Below are positions 1 to 12,478 of a stretch of 64,000 bases of DNA, one piece after another; position 1 is the first letter of the stretch, and each line of letters opens with the position of its first letter. A program made the translations under genes and the position numbers. The notes under the pieces were generated by a model. That model was not told the origin of the DNA, searched no databases, and was given only the letters and a program-made list of their open reading frames with translations. Where the stretch lies: NCBI RefSeq assembly GCF_006345805.1, contig NC_043002.1, positions 52,700,001 through 52,764,000 of the forward strand. Reading direction: 5' to 3'. This stretch comes from Octopus sinensis (lineage: Eukaryota).

Positions 1-620
1 CCCACCCCAACCTTTGGCCTGGATGATGCCCATTCTCCTTTGCAATCATGGGGCATTTTTGGAGGTGGATTTTCTAAGAGGAGCATGCCCTTGCTTACCC
101 CCAACCTCAGTTTCTAGACATGAGTAGTCTCGAGACCAAAGTCTCTACTACGATTTTTAAGAAATGTGATGGAAAACTAGCTCAGGAAGGCAGGGACGCT
201 TCTCTCTGAGACCCCCTTTTGGAGCCCACCTATGTTTTTTTTTTAATATAATTCAGATGTGATAGCTAACCGTTGACTAAGTCACATGGCAAACTATGTC
301 AACTCAGTATCCCATAGTTATTAGGTTTATCAAGTCATGCAGTAAGTTACTCGTTGTCGACCATAGTACTGATATGAGCTGTCGTCCTTTTACATCACTC
401 CTCCTGCTTTAGTCCATTTATCTGTACTTTTGACTGGCAACGTACTGCAATACGTGATCCGTAAGAACCGGCCTGTCTAGTGTATTGCGAGCATAACTTC
501 ATTTGCCATATATTATATGACTGATTAAATATATACTTTACGTATGGAGACCTCCGAATAACAATGAATGAGTTACCAACTGTTTTCTACACGCACACGC
601 GAGAGCTCACACGCACATAG

Positions 621-652
<32 letters not shown>

Positions 653-693
653 ACACACTCACATTTATTCAAGTATTTCTTAATATATTTTTC

Positions 694-1090
694 AAGACGG
701 TGAACTGGCAGAAACGTTAGCACGCCGGGAGAAATGCTTATTCGTCTGCCGCTACGTTCTGAGTTCAAATTCCCCCGAGGTCGACTTTGCCTTTCATCCT
801 TTCGGGGTCGATTAAATAAGTACCAGTTACGCACTTGGGTCAATATAATCGACTTAATCCGTTTGTCTGTCCTTGTTTGTCCTCTCTGTGTTTAGCCCCT
901 TGTGGGTAGTAAAGAAATAGGTATTTCGTCTGCCGCTATGTTCTGAGTTCAAATTCCGCCGAGGTTGACTTTGCCTTTCATCCTTTCGTGGTCGATAAAT
1001 TAACTACCAGTTGCGTACTGGTCTCGATCTAATCGACTGGCTCCCTCCCCAAAAATTTCGGGGGCCTTGTGCCTAGAATAGAAGAGAATA
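694..1090 (+). mobile_element. tRNA-derived SINE family A, head-to-tail dimer
   Basis: Head ggtgaactggcagaaacgttagcacg, B-box-like gagttcaaattcc, central gtcgactttgcctttcatcctttcggggtcga; the body occurs twice, joined by ttgtgggtagtaaagaaatag|gtatttcgtc. The family recurs more than 20 times in the window. Confidence 0.9.
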
Positions 1091-1539
1091 TATCTTTTAA
1101 TATATGTCAATGGCGTAGACTGACAGAATTCTCAATTAGAATGCATTGTAAGTGATTTTGAATGGTTAATGTGTGCTCTTATAAGAATGTTATAACATTA
1201 TTCTATGTATTAAATTTATGAGAATACTCAATATCAAAAATCAGTCTTTTTTTTTTTGTCTTTTTTACATTTGCTCCTGGGTTGTCCTTTCGATGGATAG
1301 CAGTAAATATTGTTTTAGTAACATCAAGTCGAAGTTGATAGTGCATTGGTGACATATTTGGACAGCTGCTAGTCACGTGCGTAATATCTTGAACAGAGAT
1401 GCGATATAATTGACACTTTTCGATCGTATCCTATGGGTTTAAGCGCTTCACTGTCCAGTTTCTTCAACATGTATTTTGTAGCTGTCTCCTGATCTTGTAT
1501 TACGAAAGCATAACATTTGAATTGTGATGTGAAGCATAT

Positions 1540-1764
1540 ATGAATGTATGTATGCATGGATGCGCCTATGCGCGTAAATGTATGCATAGATATATACGCA
1601 TGTATACATAGATATATACGTGTGTATGTAAGTATATGTGTATGTTTACATGATGTACGTTTGTTTGTATGTATGCATGCGTCTGAGTATGTACGTAGGT
1701 AAGTATGTGCATGTGTGTGTGTAGTTTCAATTGAGTGTGTTGGTATATTGTGTACGTACATGTA

Positions 1765-1807
<43 letters not shown>

Positions 1808-2104
1808 TGTATATATGTATATACATACATATATATGTATGTATACGTATGTATGTATGTATTATGTATACATGGATGTGTGTATGTATTTATGTATATA
1901 TAATTGTATGTGTTTCAGTGTGTCCCAAATAACTATTTAGAGATTTAAAGTACATCTCTATACTGTACGTTACGTATATATATATATATTATATATATAT
2001 ATTATATATATATATGAGTGAGTGAGTGGTGTGTGTGTGTGTGTGCACGCGCGCTTGCGTGTCGTATCTTTATTATCTGCGTGTATACGTATGTCTATGT
2101 GTGT

Positions 2105-2147
<43 letters not shown>

Positions 2148-2460
2148 TATATGTTAATATATGAGTGTGTATCAGAGTGCGTCCTATATATATAGATTAC
2201 GAATTTAGCTGTACATATTTGTACGTGGGTGTATATGGAGTGCGTGTGTGTGTGTATGGGGGTATTGCATAATAGCGTGAGCGTGCCTGTGTTTCTGTGT
2301 ATGTATGTGTGCTGTGTATTTGTGAGCGTGTAAACGTATGTGTGTATGGGTGTATGCGTGACCCTCCCTCTCTCGTATACAAGCACCCATACGCATGCGC
2401 ATACATGCGCTTGCGTGTTTTCAAGATAGCATAACGGAGTATGTAACAATATATTTGGTA
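1540..2460. repeat. Compound (TA)n/(TG)n/(TATG)n microsatellite field
   Basis: Directly visible; source of the YI/CV/HT ORFs. Confidence 0.95.
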
Positions 2461-2519
2461 CACTTTCAGGTGGGGTAAGTTCTGAAAGTAATTACAGAAA
2501 CGGGTATGAGAGACAGCGG

Positions 2520-3345
2520 CGGTGGAGGGAGGGGGGGGTTACAAAAATAAAGACAGATGTTTGGCAGGGGGAGAGGAGGAGGAGGAGGAGGAAGAAGAAG
2601 AAGAAGAAGAAGAAGAAGAAGAAGAAGAAGAAGAAGAAGAAGAAGAGAAGAAGAAGAGAAGACGAAGACGAAGAGCTTGGGTGGAGAGAATGCTATTTTG
2701 GATAGGAGGAAGGTGGAGAGAGGGAGGGCGGGAGGAAGAGGGAGGAGCAGGCAGGAGAGGAGGGAGGGAAAAGCGGAGGAAAACGGGAGAAGGAGAATGG
2801 AGTGAAGGAAGGGCGGAAGGGGAGGGGAGGGTCAGTAGAAGGTGATGAAGATGATGAGATGATGGAAGGAAAGAAGAACAAGAATGAGAGAGGGTGGAGG
2901 AGACGGGGAAGGGAAGAAGAATGGAAGGGATGAAGAGAAGGAGATTAGAAGGAAGCGGGAGAGATATGCAGATGGGAAAGATGAGGAGAATTTCGGATGC
3001 GATGAAGTCGAAGAAAGATTGATGGGGTGTGATAAGGGAAAGAGGTGGAAATAGAGAAGGAGAAAGTTAAGAAAGAAAGAAAGAAAACGAAAGGGGAGGA
3101 AGAAGCAGAGCAGGAGGAGTAGGAGGAGAATAAGAAGCGAGAGAGAAGGGGAGGAGAGAGAGGAAAGGCGAATAAGGGATGAGAGGAGTCGAAAGAAGGG
3201 GGAAAGGAAGGGAAGGGATGGTGGGAATGGGTGTAGTGGAGGGGGAGGGAAGGGGATGTAGTGAAAAGGGAATAGAGAAGGGAGAGGGGAATAGGTATAG
3301 ACAAGAGGAGGGAAATAGAGGACAGTGGGGGAGAGGCGAGAGGGG
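2520..3345 (+). repeat. Polypurine low-complexity tract including (GGA)n(GAA)n
   Basis: About 820 nt strongly dominated by G/A on the + strand; pure (GAA)n at about 2590-2645. Confidence 0.9.
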
Positions 3346-3758
3346 AGGAGATATGAGTATAAGAAATATCGACAGATATGTTTTTTTTTAGAACAATATG
3401 AGTTTGCAACGATTCCAGAAAAAATTACTCGTATCGTTAAGTCATGGTTAATTGTTATGGATGATAGACGTAGACTTGCGCTTTTAATTGGTTTAAGACG
3501 TGGAGCAGTGGAAGATGAGTTGAGAGAAGTAGGATAAGGCAGAAAGACTGGTTTGAATGGAATTGAAACATCGAAGCCTTACGCACCATTTTATTTTTTT
3601 TTTTATTTGTTTCAGTCATTTGACTGCGGCCATGCTGGAGCATCGCTTTTAGTCGAACAAATTGACACCAGGACTTATTTTTTGTAAGCCTACTACTTAT
3701 CGGTATATATATATATGGGTGTGCGTGTGTGTGGGTGGGTGTGCGTGTGTGTGGGTGG

Positions 3759-3804
<46 letters not shown>

Positions 3805-3811
3805 TATTTGT

Positions 3812-4176
3812 TTGAATCATTAGACTGCCTTGAAAAAATTTAGTCGAAAAAAATCGACCCTAGTACTAATTTTTTCAAAACTGATATTCATTCTGTCAGT
3901 CTTTTCTACCAAACTGGTGGTTCACAGGGACGTAAACACACCAATACCGATTGTTCTCTAGCCGTAGTGGAAGAAAACACAGACACACACTCTCACATGC
4001 ATATATATATAATAAATATATGACAGGCTTCTTTGAGTTTCTGCCCACCAAATCCACTCGCAAGACTTTGGTTGGCCTGAGGCTATAGTAGAAGATACTT
4101 GTCCAAGGTACCACGCAGTGGGTCTGAACCCAAAACCATGTGATAGGGGAGCAAACCTCTCACCACACAACTAGGC
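3812..4176 (-). mobile_element. tRNA-derived SINE family B (CORE-like centre, internal microsatellite)
   Basis: Reverse complement of the + copy at 34015-34420 (ttgggcaagtgtcttctactatagcctc motif; tail gactgaaacaagt). Confidence 0.85.
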
Positions 4177-5089
4177 TTAAATATATACGTGTGTGTGTGT
4201 GTCTGCGCGCATGTATGTATGTATGTATGTATGTATGTATGTATGTACATGCAGAGAGACAGACAAAGAGAGAGGGGCAATTTGAATAAATAGAGTTCCA
4301 TGATGTTCAATAAAGTGTGCCCGTGCCCAATTGTCCGTTCAGCTCAACCATTTATTCATTGAACGTACGTGAAAGAAGCCGAGTACACCTGTCACGTAAT
4401 TTTCCGCCCGAAAAAGAAAGCAACTTACATCTACTTATTAGAAATTCTATGAATAAAAGGCGCCGATTTTGCTCATTTGCACATCGATCCGTTGACATTG
4501 CATATTAATTAATCAAACTAGTAAAATAGCAGGTAGAGGCAGGACACTTATTTTAGTGATAATGTCTTTTGAGGCAGAGACACGTGTTCACAGCTGGAGA
4601 GACTTTCAGATCTCTTTTATCAATTGTTTCTTTAGAAAAAGAAACAGTGTCTCTTCCTTTGTGGCATGTCAATTCCAGAGAGCTGTTGACGCCTCAGGAT
4701 TATCTCACTTTCTTACTCAGAATCAGTCGTATTTTCCGCTTTATATTTGCTTGCTTTCTTGTAAAGCATAGAGAGTTTCAAGAAATCAAAAATCTAGCTA
4801 GTATGACATTTAACATACCATTCTGTGTCTTTGTCGTCCAAATTCACTCATGCTCCTGGCAACTCTAGGTTATTTCTCTTGGCACACTTCTTGTTTTTAT
4901 TAAAGGACACATATAAACTTATTTACACGTTAGATACATGCTGATCGACCTGAGCGTAAGCAACCACAATAGCAACGAAATTTATAAAAGTGCGAAAGAT
5001 AATAATTGAACTAATGTGTATGTCAGAATATTTTGTGTACGAGTATGTGTTTATATGTATTCGTGAATATGTACGCGTGTATGTACGTT

Positions 5090-5091
5090 AT

Positions 5092-5142
<51 letters not shown>

Positions 5143-5245
5143 CATACATACATACATACATACATACATACATACATACATACATACATACATACATACA
5201 TACATAAATACATACATACATACATGTATATAGTTATGTGTGTGT

Positions 5246-5278
<33 letters not shown>
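5090..5278. repeat. (GATA)n(CATA)n(TA)n compound microsatellite
   Basis: Directly visible. Confidence 0.95.
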
Positions 5279-5280
<2 letters not shown>

Positions 5281-5372
5281 AGGTTCCTATGGTAACGTAC
5301 TTTTGTTTGACGTTATAACGGCTAGAGTTTAATTTCACTTCATAAATTGAAACTGATTTGAAAATCGGAAAT

Positions 5373-5413
5373 CCACCTGAAGATTGTCATTAGACATGAA
5401 ACAATTGTAGTGG
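5373..5413 (+). ncRNA. Minimal type I hammerhead ribozyme motif (Penelope-like element type)
   Basis: ccac-CTGAAGA-t-tgtc(atta)gaca-t-GAAA-caattg-TA-gtgg: 4-bp stem I, intact core, palindromic stem III ACAATTGT, GUA cleavage triplet; non-canonical U/U at the base of stem II. Confidence 0.7.
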
Positions 5414-5504
5414 CGGTTGTTTTACTTTTTATTAAAATTTTATGTATTGATTAAGTGTTTCCTTGTTTGTTTTGCAAAATAGTGGTTTTGTCTCTAATTA
5501 ATAT

Positions 5505-5536
<32 letters not shown>

Positions 5537-5972
5537 GTGTGTATTATTATAATACATTACATACATATATATAATGTGCGTGTGTATTTACTTGTTTCAG
5601 TCATTGGATTGCAGCCATGTTGGAACACCACCTTGAAAAGTTTTTAGTGGAACGAATCGACCCAATACTTATCTAATTTTTTACGCTTGGTACTTATTCT
5701 ATCGATATTTTTAACCGAACCACGAGGTGACTGGTTCTCAAGCAAATTAGGGACTCCTTCATAGAGTAACTGTTGCGTTTGTTGAGTATATAAACAGTTT
5801 TGGCTGCTTGTATCTCTAGAGACTGTCGATTAAGGTTGTTCATCGTTTCTTTTTTTCATTCTGCGGAGAAATGGCTAAAATTTGCCCTGTTTATAATTAT
5901 ACCATGTTATATATATATATATATATATATAAAGGAATTAAAGGTAATGCTTTGCTATTTCGTAATAATCCT

Positions 5973-5974
<2 letters not shown>

Positions 5975-6007
<33 letters not shown>

Positions 6008-6178
6008 TCATATATACATACACACACACACACATACATACATACATACATGCATGCATACATACATACATACATACATACATACATACATACATACATA
6101 CATCCATACATACATACATACATACACACATACATACATACATACATACATACATACATACATACATACATACATGTA
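5975..6178. repeat. (TAG)n + (CATA)n microsatellite
   Basis: Directly visible. Confidence 0.95.
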
Positions 6179-6384
6179 ATGGAAAATGGAGAGTTATGCA
6201 CGTTTAAAGTCAAACTGTTAAGTTTACACCTCTGAACATGAAATCAGGCGAAGCGAACTCAGGATTTACCAATCGAAAGAAGTACTGTTTAATTCTATAG
6301 TCTGAACTATTCGAAATGTTTCCTATCATTCAATGTGGTTAGCCAAGTCTGGATTTTATCATGAACATACATAGATTGTCAACT

Positions 6385-6540
6385 GGTGGCGGTGGGACAA
6401 AATCTACTCACAAAATCTACTCAAAATCTACTCACGAGGCTATAGCAGAAGACACTTGCCCAAGGTGCCATGCAGTGGGGCTGAACCCTGAACCATGTTG
6501 TTGGGAAGCAAGCTTCTTACCACACAGCTACGCCTTTGCC
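6385..6540 (-). mobile_element. SINE family B, 5' part
   Basis: gaggctatagcagaagacacttgcccaaggtgccatgcagtggggctgaaccc matches the reverse complement of the family B head. Confidence 0.85.
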
Positions 6541-6736
6541 TAAAGACATACATATAATACTTTAATAACACGTTGGATAAATTTGCCCTAGACCCCTCAT
6601 GCCCGAGAAAAGACAAGAACGGTCATTGATGGAATGTCTTTCTCTCTAAATATGATCAATTTTAGCTCGTTAACGCCTATAAAAATACAAAAGTTTATAT
6701 ATCACACATTTTTCTCCCAGGAAGGAATTTCAACCA

Positions 6737-7160
6737 TGTTTAGTGGTCTGCTACCACACCAGCTCCTTTAAAGAATCCAGTTAGCTCAAGACATCATCAG
6801 GAGGAACCACGTCTGGTTTCGGCCCCTACTCCTCTACCGTTTTGACAAGGCATCCTCCCCACCTTTCGGAGGTGTCTTCAGCTCTGGTGTTGAGTGCATG
6901 TCTTCATTTTCCTTCTTTCTTCTGTTCCCTGGCCTCTTCGATGTAGCTTCAACGAGTGTCAGCTGGCGACTGACTGTCTTGTCAAATTTCCCTTTAAATA
7001 CCCGCTGCTAGGCTCCAGCAGGCAGCCCCAGCAAGTTATCACGTGACACTGTCTAAACTTTAACTGACCAATGGAGGGCATGTAGTCTTAGCCCACGCAT
7101 TCTCTAAACGAGACCGTCACTTGTCAATCAGCGAAGCTACTTCAGTGTCAGCCTGTCTCA
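6737..7160 (-). other. Unclassified GC-richer insert, solo-LTR-like or promoter-like
   Basis: Abrupt composition change; begins TG; contains GTCACGTGAT E-box, CCAAT and a minus-strand TATTTAAAG; acca repeated at both ends, but the right terminus is not a clean CA. Confidence 0.3.
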
Positions 7161-7269
7161 CCAAGTGATGTTATTTTCCTATTTCTCTTTTTCACTTATC
7201 TATCCTGACAAAGGGCAAATTATCCGAAATGTCAGTTTCTACCATTTTTTGTCGAGATATATATTGATT

Positions 7270-7465
7270 TCAAATCTTGGTACAAAGCCTGCAATTTCGG
7301 AGGAACGAATAAATCGATTACATCGACCCCAGTATTCAAGTGGTACTTATTTTATCGCAACCGAAAGACAAAATCGACTTCGGCGGAATTTGAACTCAGA
7401 ATGTAAAGATGGACAAAGTACCACTAAACATTTTACCCTGCGAGCTAACGATTCTGCCAGCTGAC
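7270..7465 (-). mobile_element. SINE family A
   Basis: Reverse complement of the family A consensus (cggcggaatttgaactcagaa ... gattctgccagct). Confidence 0.85.
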
Positions 7466-7783
7466 CACCTTGTGACAACATATATTAACATGCTTTTACT
7501 ATTGCTGTGGTATTTGTGCGTGTGTTTTATCGTAATTTTTCTACTATTTCCCAAACTGGGAACCACGCTTAACTCAGCGTTAAGTACCGCTAAACACGGT
7601 TATAGCGTGGTTATTGCTCGCGGGTATTTTACCACAAAATTTCTAGAAAACATTTTCAGTGATGCTATTTATTTTGTCAGCATACTCGTTATAGTTTATA
7701 TTAAATCAAAAGGTTAAACGTACCGACTCAACCGCAAACAGAAACATTCGAATAGCATTTTTCTTTTGTTGTCGGCTTAAACT

Positions 7784-7816
<33 letters not shown>

Positions 7817-7962
7817 CATATACGTGTGTATGTATTGTATATGTAATATATATATATAATATATAATATTATATTATATATATATATATATTATATATGC
7901 TATATGCATACTGTATATACATATATACAGACATATATATAAACACATATACATATGTATAT

Positions 7963-7996
<34 letters not shown>

Positions 7997-8188
7997 ATAT
8001 TTATATTATATATAATATATAATGATATATTTTTGAAACATATTAACCTGATTAGGAGAGTCAAAGAGAATGGCAGTGTCGTGGAACTACACAAATGACT
8101 CGCGATAGATCATCAATATGATTTCATAATAAATAAATGCCAACAATACTACAATGAACAATCATCTCTCTTTTCTCTTTATATTCTG

Positions 8189-8245
<57 letters not shown>

Positions 8246-8256
8246 GTATATATATA

Positions 8257-8302
<46 letters not shown>

Positions 8303-8401
8303 TATCTCGTTCATTGACCAACATTCTCTCATTTTTCAATTTGTGTTTCTCTTCTATCATTTATCGTTTGAGTTGAAAGAGACAATCACTATAAAACAAT
8401 A

Positions 8402-8810
8402 CGATGACGCGTATTATGACGACGACAGCGACAACAACGACGCTGGTGATGATGATGATGATGATGATGATGAAGGTGGTGGTGGTGGTGGTGCTGCTGC
8501 TGCTGGTGCTGCTGCTGCTACTGCTGGTGCTGGTGGTGCTAGCGGTGGTGGTGAATGTGGTGGAGGTGGTGCTGAATGTGATGGTGGTGGTGCTGCTGCT
8601 GGTGCTAGTGGTGATGCTGCTGCTGGTGCTAGTGGTGGTGGTGCTGCTGGTGGTGGTGGTGCAGGTGGTAATGGTGCTGATGGTGGTGGTGGTGGTGGTG
8701 GTAGTGGTGGTGCTGGTGCTGGTAGTGGTGGTGGTGCTGCTGCTGGTGCTTGTGGTGCTGGTGGTAGTGATGGTAGTGGTGCTGGTGGCGCTGGTGGTGT
8801 AGAAGATGAG
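8402..8810. repeat. Cryptic (GAT)/(GGT)/(GCT) trinucleotide repeat
   Basis: Directly visible; yields Gly/Ala, Val/Leu, Thr/Ser and Pro ORFs in several frames. Confidence 0.9.
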
Positions 8811-9626
8811 AAAGGTATTTTTGAGTTTGTCTGCATTCAGGACGTGTGTGTCGACGATCTTGTCCAAATGCTTCTCATGCTATATACTAAACATGAACTT
8901 GTGCCTGAACTTGTTCTCATGCTAAATATATTGTTCATAAACACGTGTATTCATATGTTGTACATGTCGCCATGCTAAACATGTATTTAAACATATTGTC
9001 TTCATACTAAAATTGTATCTAAACGTCTTGTTTCCGAACATTTTATACACGCTTTTTGTATACATGCTTCTTCACACATGAGCATGTTTGCACCTGAACA
9101 TGTCCTCTTTCTGAACATTTTCTGTGATAATACTTTTTTCTTTGAATATTTTCTCTTTAAACATGTACATATTTAATGCTTTTAATCATAAGTCTGCTCT
9201 CTCGAGGTTAATCTGGAAATAAACCACAGCAACAATTTACCTCCAGCCAACTACGAATTTTTTGCGCAGTCAACTTTCAAGTAGTAACAGCCAGATTTTC
9301 ATATTACGCCCTGCATTCAAAATACATTGCATAATTTATACAATACACTCTCTTGCTTGAATTATTAAAAGAAGGGACTGTCAAGGCTGGAATGCTAAAC
9401 AGCAACAATTGAGGCTTCTGTACTAAACTGCCTTTCAAAGTATGTAGCATGCTCCTGCATAAAAAGAAATTAGTGAAATTCTCTTTTGTTCATTAGTTTT
9501 GGATTAGCCATGACCGAGCAAACATGTAATTTAATGTATCCTTCCTATTTTAAGACGACAAGATGTAACGTGAAAGGTATTTGTCTGGTATTTCACGCAA
9601 TCTTTTCCAACTAGATATATATGTAT

Positions 9627-9717
<91 letters not shown>

Positions 9718-9719
9718 GC

Positions 9720-9753
<34 letters not shown>

Positions 9754-9884
9754 TATTATGTGTGTATACATATATATGCATACACACACACATATGTGCG
9801 TGCACGGTGTGCGTGTGTGTGTGTGCATGTGTGTGCGTGGTGTGTGTGAACACGCATGCGTATGTATGTATATTCTTTTATTCT

Positions 9885-10272
9885 TTTACTTGTTTCAGGC
9901 ATTTGACTGCGACCATACTGGAGCACCGCTTTAGTCGAGCAAGTCGACCCCAGGACTTATTCTTTGTTAGCCTAGTACTTATTCAATCGGTCGCTTTTGC
10001 CGAACCGCTAAGTGAGAGGACGTAAACACACCAGCATCTGTTGTCGAGCAATGGTGGGGGGAGGGACAAACACAGATACAAACAACAAACACATACGTAC
10101 ATATATATATACGACAGGCTTCTTTCAGTTTCCGTCTACCAATTTCACTCACAAGGCTTCGGTCGGCCAGAGGCTATAGTAGAAGACACTTGCCCAAGGT
10201 GCCACGCAGTGGGGCTAAACCTGGAACCATGTAGTTGTGAAGCAAGCTTCTTACCACACAGCCACTCCTACG
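9885..10272 (-). mobile_element. SINE family B, near full length
   Basis: Tail ttacttgtttcaggcatttgactgcg through head ...cttaccacacagccactcc. Confidence 0.9.
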
Positions 10273-10690
10273 CCTGTGTGTATGTATATTTGTGTATGTG
10301 TATGTGTGTGTGTTCTAACATTTTAAAGCTTTCTTCATGTCTTGCTGTCTCAAATGTCTTATGTACTCAATAAAATATAGGTAGAAGTGATTTTGCATTT
10401 CAATGATGTTTCTCAGAGAGTACCCAGCATTAGCTGTTCCTCGGGTAACGACTGGAAAATCGAAAAGTTGAAGCCAAGGACGACATAGAGGGAAGGTGCT
10501 CAATGGCTTTACTAGCTGGCTTCAAGAAGACCAGTCTGATAAAGTGATAAGTTGTGTATGAAGCTTCATGATCGTCGGCACCTGTATATATGCAACATGA
10601 AAAAGAGAGAGAAATTGCTCATAGTTCAAACGATTGCAGAGAGGCTCCTTTGATTTTGTACATGCGAAAGATATATTTAACGAAATGCAA

Positions 10691-11140
10691 TGTTGTTACC
10701 AGTTCAAATACACTTGTGGCACGTTCGTACTCGTTCAATAAATATTTCACTGTGTTTTGTCATGGAGAAAATTTCTCGCTGTACACAAATGATGTAAATA
10801 CACCAAAATCAGCTCGCAGGACACCTATCTAGACTGTGAGTGGTTATTTCCTCCTCAGTTACAGAGACCGGACGGGGGAGTATAATGACTGGAATAGCAT
10901 AAGAGTGGCAATCTCTGTTATTCAGCTCGCAACGCGCCCTGTTCGATTTCTGTGACTGAAGAGGAGATAACCACTCCGAAATGCTTGCATCTCACAGTCT
11001 GGATAGGTGGCGCTGCGAGCTGATTCAGGTGCATTTACACCATTTGCCTACAGCAAGAAAATTTCCCCATAACAAAACACAGCAAATGGCTTGTTTATGA
11101 GTTCGAACGTCTCACAAGTATATTTGAACTGGTAATAACA
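10691..11140. repeat. Inverted repeat (arms about 10691-10878 and 10940-11140), Penelope-like pseudo-LTR type
   Basis: The left arm is the reverse complement of the right arm over about 190 nt, e.g. ccagttcaaatacacttgtg / cacaagtatatttgaactgg and tcagctcgcag / ctgcgagctga. Confidence 0.85.
10950..10997 (+). ncRNA. Type I hammerhead ribozyme, complete core
   Basis: ctgtga-CTGAAGA-ggag(ataacca)ctcc-GAAA-tgc(tt)gca-TC-tcacag: 6-bp stem I, 4-bp stem II, stem III ATGC/GCAT; predicted cleavage after C10991. Confidence 0.88.
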
Positions 11141-12441
11141 TGTCTCAGTCATTATACTTGTAAATTCAGTCTGAAAGTGTAATTGCGGTTGCTTCTGATA
11201 GAACCCTATGAAAGAAGCACCTAAAGATCTACTCTCAGGAATAGAGGACAGGGAAGATGGATGGATTGGTGGATGGAGAAAAAAAAATGCTAAGAATCCT
11301 CATTTCAGCTCACCTCATAAAACAATTGACAGGTGATGGAGTTAAACCGGATAATGGATTAAGGCAACCATCGAAGAATTGAGAGCGCAAAGATCCGGCA
11401 CACATGCCGTAAGATAACCTCATATCACGCTCTAACACCACTGCATTAAGTTATAGACGAAGAAACGACAAAAAGCAGATTACCCTAGATGGGATTCGAA
11501 CTCAAGGCCCTGGAACTTTTTTCTAGCTATGTACCTCTAAGGAATCTGCCTTTTCGCCGCTTTACATGAATAAAAGCTTCAATGAGAATACATTACATCA
11601 ATTACAGCAGCTAGGATTATATACAACATGTAACTTGTCATTGAGTATTTAAACGCAAAAACTACTAATGCTTCTACGTGCAAAAACTTATATGCACAAA
11701 TAGATTTTTTTTTGCGATGGCAGAATCGATAAAACGTCTGATGTTATTCTTCTCAGTATTTAGCTAAACCCATTTATGTTCTTTTTCTTTCGAATCATGC
11801 CCAGATGCTCCTTTTGCTTTTCTTACTCTGAAGTCGATAAAATAAAGTCCTGCGATCAATTTAATTGAGTATTCTCTAGAAGGCGGCACTTGGGCGTGGC
11901 CATAGTCCAGTGATAGAAATCAGTAAAATCGAAACAGCAAGCGAGAAAAACAGACAGATTGAAAGAGGAAGGAATACAATTATTCACGTTTATAAGCTCA
12001 CAAGTGAATTTATATCTAATCGTGATTAGCAATTTATAAATTTGGAATATGTTTTCAAATATATGCGTCATCAGTTATAACATACTCAGAAGTTAACTGG
12101 CATTTATCTTATCACCTTAGGATAAGTGAAAGGCAAACAAGGGTGTAAGCTCAGAAAATATAGGGACATTAACTAAATAGAAGTTTTATCTGATACATCA
12201 AATATTCTGTCATTAATGGCCTTATATATAATTAGAGATAATAATTTAAAAAATGTTATATTAGCAACACTAATGGATTGTGCCATTCTAGTGTTGGCGA
12301 TAATCGTTCCAGCTCTTTGCGGTTTGAGTTCAAATCTTGCTACAGTCAACTTTACCTTTCATACTTCCGGCATCGATGAATACCTGTAATATGCAGGATT
12401 ACGACTCTTATCTCACTCTCCCTCTCTCTTTCCCCATCTCT

Positions 12442-12478
<37 letters not shown>

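Noticed and set aside
2470-2474. 5-nt microexon (tttcag|GTGGG|gtaagt)
   Set aside because: Frame-shifting length and no supporting gene; such a motif is expected by chance in 64 kb.
6790-6880. Minus-strand CTGATGA / CTGAAGA and GAAAC strings as a hammerhead
   Set aside because: The order and stems cannot form any HHR topology.
8343-8978. 211-aa Gly/Ala-rich ORF
   Set aside because: Several frames on both strands are open because of the GGT/GCT triplets; there is no unique domain or convincing splice context, and similar tracts occur throughout the window.
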